A stretch of DNA of 26,268 nucleotides from a virus (taxonomy: Duplodnaviria > Caudoviricetes), in the IMG/VR virus record IMGVR_UViG_3300021516_000018, positions 1 to 26,268 of that record; one strand, 5' to 3'. The notes beneath the pieces were generated by a model that was not told the origin of the DNA, did not search any database, and saw only the letters and a list, made by a program, of their open reading frames with translations. The translations under genes and the position numbers were made by a program. Every line of letters begins with the position of its first letter. The stretch's first letter is position 1. Shown in pieces: positions 1-6,372 of the stretch.

Positions 1-1002
1 GGAGACCTCGGCGATCTCGTAGGTTTTCTTTTCGGCCGCCTTGCTGCCGTGAATCTTCTGGAGGTAGTCGACCAGGACAAGCTTGACGCCCCACTTCCTG
101 ACAGCCCGGCGGATCACCGCGGTGATGGTGGCGATGCCGGACACACCGGAACCGGACACGAAGTAGATCGGGCTGCCGGCCACCTTAGCGGAGGCACTGG
201 CCATGGCCTTCATTCCTCCTTCATCGAGGTCGCCGGTCTTGATGTGCTGCATGGGAATGGATCCTACGGTCGAGACCATTCTCCGCACGATAGACTCGTC
301 GGACATTTCCAGCGATATAAACAGGGTCGGCACCCGGTGTTCGATGGCTGCTGCCCGGGCTATTGCGATGGCGATGGCCGTCTTTCCGATGCTTGGCCTG
401 GCCGCAATGATGGCCAGCTCGCCGAACTGGAAGCCGTCGGTCATTGCGTCCAGGCGCCGGAAGCCGGAGGTGATGCCGGATAGGTGTCCCTTCCTGGCAA
501 ATCGCTCCTGGGTAGAGTCGATGAACCGGCTGACTACCGACTTGCAGGGTTGCACCTCTTCCTTGGAGGCCTCAACGGTGAGCCCTGCTTCGGCATTGGC
601 GACGATTTGATCCACAGACAGGGTGGTGACAGCGGAATCACGAATCAGACGGTCACCGGCGAATCGTAACTGCCGGCGGTGATGGGCCTCGAGGACGGCC
701 TTGGAGAACTCGGGATGGTTGGACGGGCTGGCGCAGATCTCGTCGCAGCGGTTCAGCACATCGAAAGGCACCGGAGTCCCAGGCATCGAGCGTTTCCATT
801 CCTTGACCAGGCTCTGGAGGTTGACCGGCTCCGTCTTGGCGACCAGGCCTTTGGTCACCTCGTAGATCTGGCGCAGGCTGTCGTTCTGGATAGCCTCGGT
901 GGTGATCCTGGAGAACACCTCGTAGCAGACATCGGAGCCACCGGATAGGCAGGCGCCCAGGAGGCCGAACTCGTCGTCCTCGGCGAAGTAGGGGTCGCTC
1001 AT
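1..1002 (-). CDS. dnaB: Replicative DNA helicase, DnaB family (3' end beyond window; missing from ORF track)
   Basis: Manual translation from ATG 1002 (ATGA overlap with the upstream stop): MSDPYFAEDDEFGLLGACL...GITSGFRRLDAMTDGFQFGELAIIAARPSIGKT (Walker A)...FISLEMS...LVLVDYLQ (Walker B). Open to the window edge. Confidence 0.95.
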   Translation of the reverse strand, partial: MSDPYFAEDDEFGLLGACLSGGSDVCYEVFSRITTEAIQNDSLRQIYEVTKGLVAKTEPVNLQSLVKEWKRSMPGTPVPFDVLNRCDEICASPSNHPEFSKAVLEAHHRRQLRFAGDRLIRDSAVTTLSVDQIVANAEAGLTVEASKEEVQPCKSVVSRFIDSTQERFARKGHLSGITSGFRRLDAMTDGFQFGELAIIAARPSIGKTAIAIAIARAAAIEHRVPTLFISLEMSDESIVRRMVSTVGSIPMQHIKTGDLDEGGMKAMASASAKVAGSPIYFVSGSGVSGIATITAVIRRAVRKWGVKLVLVDYLQKIHGSKAAEKKTYEIAEVS

Positions 1003-1775
1003 TGGTAGGCCTCGATGTTGGCGCTGGCGGCGCCTGGATTGTTGTTAGTACCGGATGCAAGAAATCCTCGAGGAGCAAAGATCCCTTGGTAGTTGTTCGC
1101 GATGGAATGCGAAACGGCTGCCGGGAATGTCTCAGCGGTAAATTCCTTTGCCCATGCCTTTAGAGCTTCTGACAGGCCGATGCGCTTGTAGCCCTGTTTA
1201 CGCTCGGCTTTGTAGGCAAGCCAGGTCTCGACCGTAGCAAGGCATTCGGAAGTCTGGAGCTTCTCGGGTAGGATAAGGCCGAACTTAACTTCCCAAGGCG
1301 ACTTCGGAGCCAGTGTCTTTTCTGTCTTCTCTTCTCTATCTTCTCTATCGGTTACCCCATGGGTTATCTGTGGGTTAACCTGATTCGGTTCTGGGTTAAC
1401 CTGTGGGTAACCCGTGGGTAACCCATGGGTTTTCTGTGGGTTACCTGTGGGTTTTTTAGGGCGCCCTCCTTTGCCTCCGTTTGACCAGGAGGCTATCAGG
1501 CCGGCGTTCACCTCGTCCCATTGGTGGGCTACTAGGTGGCCATCCTCGACTCGGCAGAAGGTTTGCAGCATGGCCGACCAGAACAGATCGGCATTACCAG
1601 GCCATCGGCAGACTGATGAGAGAATGACTGGGCTCCACTCTGGGAAGATGTTGGTCTTCCTTGTTTGGCAGTGTGACCACAGCCGGATGACGTAATTAGG
1701 CGCTGAGTCGGTTTCCAGAAGCCTCATCAATAGACGGGTCTTCCAGTGATCTAGGAAGTCGGGTTCGATTATCAT
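999..1775 (-). CDS. Phage replication initiator (lambda O / DnaD-like C-terminal domain type)
   Basis: Directly upstream of DnaB. N-terminal HTH-like region, GGKGGRP motif, low-complexity linker encoded by DNA repeats, C-terminal WLAYKAERK...AVSHSIANNYQGIF as seen in phage initiators. Confidence 0.8.
   Translation of the reverse strand: MIIEPDFLDHWKTRLLMRLLETDSAPNYVIRLWSHCQTRKTNIFPEWSPVILSSVCRWPGNADLFWSAMLQTFCRVEDGHLVAHQWDEVNAGLIASWSNGGKGGRPKKPTGNPQKTHGLPTGYPQVNPEPNQVNPQITHGVTDREDREEKTEKTLAPKSPWEVKFGLILPEKLQTSECLATVETWLAYKAERKQGYKRIGLSEALKAWAKEFTAETFPAAVSHSIANNYQGIFAPRGFLASGTNNNPGAASANIEAYQ
1358..1456. repeat. Iteron-like 11-12 bp tandem repeats (putative replication origin inside the initiator gene)
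   Basis: catgggttatc 1358, tgtgggttaacc 1369, tctgggttaacc 1390, tgtgggtaacc 1402, cgtgggtaacc 1413, catgggttttc 1424, tgtgggttacc 1435, tgtgggttttt 1446. A strand-asymmetric pyrimidine tract lies adjacent at 1315-1348. Confidence 0.8.
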
Positions 1776-1778
1776 GAT

Positions 1779-1906
1779 TCAAAAGAAAATCCCCACCAGG
1801 CACAGGGTAGGAGATCGCAGGAAGGAGCTGCGAATGCCTGTGATGGTGGGGATAAAATTTGTCATGCCTTCGGTTGGTTCGACGCTCACCTCCTACAGCT
1901 CACGTC
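1779..1906 (-). promoter_or_regulatory. Structured leader/attenuator upstream of the initiator, with a 28-aa leader ORF (1865-1779)
   Basis: Nested inverted repeats 1789-1798/1844-1853, 1801-1806/1837-1842 and 1815-1820/1828-1833, followed on the minus strand by a U-rich tract. Second hairpin 1881-1906 has a loop complementary to the bulge at 1807-1813. Confidence 0.7.
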
Positions 1907-1915
1907 AATGGGTAC

Positions 1916-1944
1916 TCACTAGCCTACAACCTGCGTTGTGTCCA
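1916..1944 (-). promoter_or_regulatory. Candidate sigma70 promoter for the replication leader
   Basis: TGGACA-17 bp-TAGTGA on the minus strand. The -10 match is imperfect. Confidence 0.35.
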
Positions 1945-1948
1945 GCCC

Positions 1949-2611
1949 TCAGTAAGCCGGCATCAGTATGTCGGCCACCGCCTGGGTGAGCTTCACGTCC
2001 TGGGTGCAGTAGTTGATCGCCGCCTGTCGGTCGGTATTCCACAGCAGGGAGAAGTCAGCGCCGTTTCCGCTCTTCTCACCTAGTCCCAGGTGCCTCGAGA
2101 TGGACGCAAGGCTGCCGTGGGCCCGATTGTCCCCGAGCTGCCACACCTCCCGAAGGTCGACCACCAGCTCCGACCAGTAGCGGCCGTTCCTCAACCAGTA
2201 GGGCGGCATAATCTTGTGGCGCCAGGAGCGTTTGATCAGGAAGGGCAGGTCGAAGGCTTTGACGTTGAACCCGATGAGCTGAGGCTGGCGCTCGTAGTAA
2301 TTGAGAAGCGCCCACCATTGTCGCAGCAGGTGGGCCTCACCATCGGCATCGGCGCACAGGATGTTCTGCTCTTGGTAATCGACCCGGTAGCCGATGCACA
2401 GCACCTGGCCCGACAAGGCATCCAGGGCGGCATTGCGGATGTAGTCCGTTGTGTGGCTCTCCTCTGCCTTCTGGATGCGCTCGGCGATCAGGTCGGGGTT
2501 CTTGATGTTGCCGAGCTTCACGTCGGCTGGGTTAAAGGCTGGAATGTTGAGTTCTGCGAGCGGTAGAGGCCCGGTCTCGATGTCGAAGTAAATGTTTGGA
2601 TTGGCTGGCAT
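1949..2611 (-). CDS. DEDD 3'-5' exonuclease, PolB-exonuclease-like
   Basis: ExoI FDIET, ExoII GFNVKAFD and ExoIII YCTQDV motifs. Confidence 0.88.
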   Translation of the reverse strand: MPANPNIYFDIETGPLPLAELNIPAFNPADVKLGNIKNPDLIAERIQKAEESHTTDYIRNAALDALSGQVLCIGYRVDYQEQNILCADADGEAHLLRQWWALLNYYERQPQLIGFNVKAFDLPFLIKRSWRHKIMPPYWLRNGRYWSELVVDLREVWQLGDNRAHGSLASISRHLGLGEKSGNGADFSLLWNTDRQAAINYCTQDVKLTQAVADILMPAY

Positions 2612-2634
2612 TTGTCAGAGTTGTTTAGAGTTGA

Positions 2635-2701
2635 TGCGCGTTTGTCGGCCGATGCGCGCCCCCGGCACTACGAGTCCCCGACAGCAACAGGCTGCCGGAA
2701 G
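2635..2701 (-). ncRNA. Candidate structured RNA motif, copy A
   Basis: Minus strand: stem CCGGCA/UGCCGG, then GGGGCGCG-loop-CGCGCA. Loop1 UGUCGG is complementary to loop2 CCGACA. Similar to 5590-5639. Confidence 0.5.
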
Positions 2702-2705
2702 GTAA

Positions 2706-3101
2706 TCAGATCTTTTTGCCGCAATGTGGGCAGACGAGGAAGTTAATTGGCTCCCGGGTCGTCGGTACATTTAGCCACTCGCAGATTTCATGATAGGAGA
2801 CCCACCCAAAGCCTCGAACAGCGCCCGGTCGCAGGTGTCCGCTGTTGTAGAGGTCGAGGGCCTGCTCACGGCTCTTGATGCACAGGCGCTCCAATGTATT
2901 GAACGTCCGCACAGAGAATGGGAATCCCCATAGTTGCAGGATCTCCTCGTGCATCTCGGCTGCCTGCTCGATCTGGTTGATGCGCTGGCGAGAGAGTCCA
3001 AAGTGCTGCCCGATCTGCTCGAGGGTCATTCCCTCGGATCGCATACGAACCACCTCAGGCACCTTATCGACCAGCTTAATGTAGGGCTTCCTGGTTTTCA
3101 T
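2706..3101 (-). CDS. Sigma70 region-4-like HTH fused to an RNAP alpha-CTD-like domain, with C-terminal CPHC
   Basis: Likely start ATG 3101 (MKTRKPY). GMTLEQIGQHFGLSRQRINQIE resembles sigma region 4.2. FSVRTFNTLERLCIKS...AVRGFGWVSYHEICEWL resembles alphaCTD (LTVRSANCLKAEAI...TPNLGKKSLTEIKDVL). Confidence 0.72.
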   Translation of the reverse strand: MKTRKPYIKLVDKVPEVVRMRSEGMTLEQIGQHFGLSRQRINQIEQAAEMHEEILQLWGFPFSVRTFNTLERLCIKSREQALDLYNSGHLRPGAVRGFGWVSYHEICEWLNVPTTREPINFLVCPHCGKKI

Positions 3102-3102
3102 G

Positions 3103-3843
3103 TTAGAAGGGCACGTCGTCGAAGTCTGGTTGGTTCTTGGCGTTGATCTGCTCCAGGCGCTCATTGATGGCAGCGATGAGCTGGATGTCCTCTTGGGTCT
3201 TGCCCGGGCTGATCTTGGCCTTAGGCAGCCAGCGCTCGGCCAGGCCTTGCACGGCGTCGTCAGTAAGCTCAGAGATGGCCACGCCCTTGAACTTCCCGAC
3301 GTGAACCTTCACATCGGCGATCTTGACCGGCGCCGCGGTGGCCGGAACCACCGTCTTCACCTGGTCATCTTCCTTCGGCGGCCTGTCCTCCATGCGGATC
3401 CACAGGCCCGACGGCTTGAGTGGCTCGCCGTTCTTGTGAGCCATGATCAATTTGATGTTCGAGAACGTCTTGGTGCCGTCCTGGCTCTGCTCATGGACGA
3501 TCACCACGGTAGCCGGTCGGCCGATGAGGCTGTCCAGGTCGAGGCTGGTGGTCTCCTCGGCGGTAAGGGCCCGACCGTGCCAATCTCGGAGGAACTTGGT
3601 CAGGCCGGCCTTCTCATGCAGGCTGGCAGTCATCGGCGCCGTCATAACCACCCAGGGCTGCACCGGGGTGCGTGTCTTGTCGATCATGTCCAGCTCGAAC
3701 GCGATCTTGAACTTTTGCTTGGGCCCATACTCGGTCTCGTAGGTCTTTAGCGGTGTGATGTCGACGCACACCGCGCGGCCGGTGTACTCGGGGCACGGCG
3801 TGAAGGTGCCGCCTGTTTGTTTTGTTGATACTGTGATTCCCAT
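3103..3843 (-). CDS. Putative phage single-stranded DNA-binding protein
   Basis: OB-fold-like N-terminal region, acidic tail ending DFDDVPF, location in the replication module. Confidence 0.65.
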   Translation of the reverse strand: MGITVSTKQTGGTFTPCPEYTGRAVCVDITPLKTYETEYGPKQKFKIAFELDMIDKTRTPVQPWVVMTAPMTASLHEKAGLTKFLRDWHGRALTAEETTSLDLDSLIGRPATVVIVHEQSQDGTKTFSNIKLIMAHKNGEPLKPSGLWIRMEDRPPKEDDQVKTVVPATAAPVKIADVKVHVGKFKGVAISELTDDAVQGLAERWLPKAKISPGKTQEDIQLIAAINERLEQINAKNQPDFDDVPF

Positions 3844-3867
3844 GTTGTTGCTGTGTTGTGTTGTTGT

Positions 3868-4059
3868 TTACTTGGAGGATTGCTTTTCAACCTCCGAAAG
3901 CTGTTTCGCCATGCGGTCGTATTGCGACCAGTAGTCAGGCCAGGTGGCCTTGATCTTCGCCAGATTCTCTTGGTCTGCCACCAGCGCCGCGGCACCGAGT
4001 TTGCGAACGAATGACCCGCCATATTCGATCATCGTGAATGCTACATCAAAGTCTCTCAT
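3868..4059 (-). CDS. Hypothetical phage protein
   Basis: ATG 4059 overlaps the upstream TGA (ATGA). MRDFDVAFTMIEYGGSFVRKLGAAALVAD... Confidence 0.7.
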   Translation of the reverse strand: MRDFDVAFTMIEYGGSFVRKLGAAALVADQENLAKIKATWPDYWSQYDRMAKQLSEVEKQSSK

Positions 4060-4250
4060 TGGATGATGAAGTCGAAGTTGGTTTTCCAAGAGTCGCCCAG
4101 GCGATTGTAGGTGTCGTGCTTGATCTTCCAGAGTCGAGGATTGCGAGTCGTCCCGGTGTGACGGCAGCGGATCCTGACATCAATGTCCTGGATGGCGACG
4201 TTCCTTAGTCGGTGGTCGGCAGGTAGGTCGTGAAGGTATTGTGGGCTCAT
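4056..4250 (-). CDS. Hypothetical phage protein
   Basis: Start/stop overlaps with both neighbours. Confidence 0.65.
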   Translation of the reverse strand: MSPQYLHDLPADHRLRNVAIQDIDVRIRCRHTGTTRNPRLWKIKHDTYNRLGDSWKTNFDFIIQ

Positions 4251-4447
4251 TTTAACAAGTCCTTGATGTATTGCGTGCGTTGCCGGGTCGATGCTGTGAG
4301 GATATTCTCAAGGCAGACGTGGGCGTTGACTGTTGCGACGTGCTTCCACTCTGGTCTGCCGTCGACCTTTCGAGCTGTATCCAGACTTTCCACTCGGATA
4401 GCTCCGTTGGTTTTGTGAACGTAGATGAAGGCGAAGCTGTCTTTCAT
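4247..4447 (-). CDS. Hypothetical phage protein
   Basis: Start/stop overlaps with both neighbours. Confidence 0.65.
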   Translation of the reverse strand: MKDSFAFIYVHKTNGAIRVESLDTARKVDGRPEWKHVATVNAHVCLENILTASTRQRTQYIKDLLK

Positions 4448-4656
4448 TTGACCTCCTTATCATTCCACAGCAACAAGTCCGCTCTCAGTGCATCGTTCTC
4501 GGCTTCTAGCTGGTCGATGTAAGCCTGTCTCCCGGCTGCGAATCGCTCAAACCGCCGGCACAGCATACCGAGGTCTGCTACGTTGTGAGGTGTACCGTCG
4601 GTAATGGGCGTGTCGCTGATCATTTTCGTGACTTCAGGAATATGATCGCTGCTCAC
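4444..4656 (-). CDS. Hypothetical coiled-coil protein
   Basis: 3' part of track ORF 4444..5142. Likely GTG start at 4656 (GTGA overlap) or ATG 4623. SDTPITD motif and coiled-coil IDQLEAENDALRA. Confidence 0.6.
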   Translation of the reverse strand: MSSDHIPEVTKMISDTPITDGTPHNVADLGMLCRRFERFAAGRQAYIDQLEAENDALRADLLLWNDKEVK

Positions 4657-5108
4657 TTCACGCCCTCCGCAATAAGAGCGTGTTCCAACAGAAGCACCGC
4701 ATCCGCTGTCTTGAGTGTGATGTGGAGTGAAGGCTGCCGTTGCTGCGCCAGGCCCTTTAGATGGCCCTTCCAGCGCGTTCCGTGAGTCTTGCTGGTGCCA
4801 GTGCCCAAAGTCTTCTGCCAGCGCTGTGGGGGCACCTCGATGCACCTGGTGTTCATGCTTGCGATGAGGCCATGCAGGAAGCCGACATTGCGCCCGAAGT
4901 TGAACATGGCGCTGCCTGGTGCCCCTTTTCCGCCGATGTAGCCTCCGACCTTCTCGATGTAGCAGACATCCGACTGCGACAGGTAGTTGACCAGGACATC
5001 TCGGATGTCCCTGTCGGTCGTCGGCATGGGCTCCAGGGTGACCCGGTTGCCGGCGTAGTGCGCCAAGCCGCCGGACATCCCTGGGTCGATTGCTAAAATC
5101 CGTTTCAC
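4653..5108 (-). CDS. RuvC-like Holliday junction resolvase (phage type)
   Basis: ILAIDPG, CYIEKV, SAMFNFG, PQRWQK and ADAVLL acidic catalytic motifs. Confidence 0.85.
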   Translation of the reverse strand: MKRILAIDPGMSGGLAHYAGNRVTLEPMPTTDRDIRDVLVNYLSQSDVCYIEKVGGYIGGKGAPGSAMFNFGRNVGFLHGLIASMNTRCIEVPPQRWQKTLGTGTSKTHGTRWKGHLKGLAQQRQPSLHITLKTADAVLLLEHALIAEGVK

Positions 5109-5242
5109 TTGGCGGCCTTTCGCAACCAGGCCTGAATCGCATGGTCGGCCACCGCTTGCATCTTAAGGCCAGCCTGTAGGCAGTAGGCTCGAAGGGTTTT
5201 GTGAGTTTCGGCTTTCACGTTGATTGTCTTTGGTTTTGTCAT
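5105..5242 (-). CDS. Small ribbon-helix-helix-like DNA-binding protein (45 aa, not in ORF track)
   Basis: MTKPKTINVKAETHKTLRAYCLQAGLKMQAVADHAIQAWLRKAAK. ATGA/GTGA overlaps at both ends; alternating beta strand followed by two helices. Confidence 0.72.
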   Translation of the reverse strand: MTKPKTINVKAETHKTLRAYCLQAGLKMQAVADHAIQAWLRKAAK

Positions 5243-5568
5243 TTGAGATTGCGTTGAACTTTAAGCCAGTAAGCCACCGTGGCAGCCTTGCGGTCCCCAG
5301 TCGGGCCCCCATTCCATCTCCTGGCCAACTGCTCGGTGGTGGCGCCGCGGCCGTAGTGGGTCAGGTAGGCCTGGCAGACTGCTCGGGCCTGCGCCCGGTT
5401 TGTCATGTCCTGGTGCCGGTAATGGCTGCCGGTGATTCGGTTGACGTCCAGGACAACGGCCTTGTGGATCTGGAGGCATCCAATGGCTCGGCCTTGATCA
5501 CCGATGGCCAGGTTGTTATTGCTGCTTTCTACGATCATCAGGGCTGAGATTAAGCTGTTGAGGTTCAT
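5239..5568 (-). CDS. Lysozyme-fold protein, i-type/destabilase-like
   Basis: Start ATG 5568. LISALMIVES (catalytic Glu), GCLQI, LARRWNGGP, YWLKV. Confidence 0.75.
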   Translation of the reverse strand: MNLNSLISALMIVESSNNNLAIGDQGRAIGCLQIHKAVVLDVNRITGSHYRHQDMTNRAQARAVCQAYLTHYGRGATTEQLARRWNGGPTGDRKAATVAYWLKVQRNLK

Positions 5569-5589
5569 TGCTGTGCATTGCTGTGGTTT

Positions 5590-5639
5590 GCGCGTTGGCC
5601 AGTCGCGCCCCTGGGCGTGGTTTAGGCCCCACCCGGGGC
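5590..5639 (-). ncRNA. Candidate structured RNA motif, copy B
   Basis: Minus strand: GCCCCGGGUGG-GGCCUAAA-CCACGCCCAGGGGCGCG-ACUGGCCAA-CGCGCA. Same architecture as 2635-2701. Confidence 0.5.
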
Positions 5640-5650
5640 TAAAGTCTTGG

Positions 5651-5830
5651 TTAGGCTGTCTGTCGGGTTTCAGCGATGACATCCAGCCAGAATGAGATGT
5701 CAGTGCTCACACAAGATAGATCCTTGGACAGCTTGCGAGCGTCTCGCTTGTCGTTCCCGGTGATCCACAAGCGGATCAGCTTTCGGACTTCGGGAGTGGT
5801 CTTTGATTCGGTGTTGTTTGCGTTGCTCAT
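5651..5830 (-). CDS. Hypothetical protein, first gene after the putative early promoter
   Basis: ATG 5830 preceded by an A/C-rich leader; 59 aa. Confidence 0.65.
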   Translation of the reverse strand: MSNANNTESKTTPEVRKLIRLWITGNDKRDARKLSKDLSCVSTDISFWLDVIAETRQTA

Positions 5831-5869
5831 GTTTTGCTTTGATTTGCTGTTGTTGCCTTCGACGTGATC

Positions 5870-5922
5870 AAGATGGGCGATGCCAAGCATTCCGTCTACA
5901 GAGAAAACTGTTTTTCTGTAGA
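5870..5922 (-). promoter_or_regulatory. Candidate sigma70 early promoter with a palindromic operator overlapping -35
   Basis: TAGACG (5898-5893)-17 bp-CATCTT (5875-5870). Inverted repeat tctacaga-12 bp-tctgtaga at 5895-5922. Confidence 0.55.
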
Positions 5923-5962
5923 TTTGAGATAAAACCCAATGTTTGCAGGGGCCAAACAAGGA

Positions 5963-6145
5963 TCAACTTTTAGGAATCGGAGCAAACTTAGCCAGAAACT
6001 CTGCCTTAGATCGAACGTAAATCCGGCCATTATCCACCCGTCGGTAAACCACCGAAAGCCAGCGGTTCTCACCTACTCGAAACTCTGCCTCAGGGTACAG
6101 GATTTCAACGATGAGACTGGGTTTGGCTAGGTTTTGATAACGCAT
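5963..6145 (-). CDS. Small DUF1653-like (SH3-like) protein
   Basis: VVYRR...GRIYVRSKAEFLAKF matches the DUF1653-type pattern. Confidence 0.6.
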   Translation of the reverse strand: MRYQNLAKPSLIVEILYPEAEFRVGENRWLSVVYRRVDNGRIYVRSKAEFLAKFAPIPKS

Positions 6146-6372
6146 CGGTAATGTGGTACTGGGTAAGATTGTCGCATGGGCATAGAAATGCGAAATCGCT
6201 TGTGTTCCATGATGCCAGCCTTAACGGCAATGCTCAACATTCGAGCTGTTTGGGCGCGTTGGAGTCCCCACTCGGTTCCCCATTGAACGACCGTTTTCCA
6301 TTCCTCGGTTGGGCTCTGGATTGTGAGTTTGATCTCGTCGCGAATGAGTCTTAGAAGCTCGGAAGATTCCAT
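6127..6372 (-). CDS. Putative winged-helix protein
   Basis: Start ATG 6372. WKTVVQWGTEWGLQRAQTARMLSIAVKAGIME HTH-like segment followed by a beta wing. Confidence 0.55.
   Translation of the reverse strand: MESSELLRLIRDEIKLTIQSPTEEWKTVVQWGTEWGLQRAQTARMLSIAVKAGIMEHKRFRISMPMRQSYPVPHYRCVIKT

Noticed and set aside
49-948. Plus-strand ORFs 49..483, 203..610, 679..948 and minus ORF 653..1078
   Set aside because: They are shadows or off-frame overlaps of the DnaB gene, which has clear motifs. The same applies to the other plus-strand ORFs in the track.
1358-1456. CRISPR-like or VNTR array
   Set aside because: Units are 11-12 bp without unique spacers, no cas genes are present, and an iteron explanation fits better.
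5861-5867. UCACGUC at the early transcript 5' end complementary to GACGUGA in the replication leader (1900-1906)
   Set aside because: Only 7 nt, and the partner is mostly within a stem; chance cannot be excluded.
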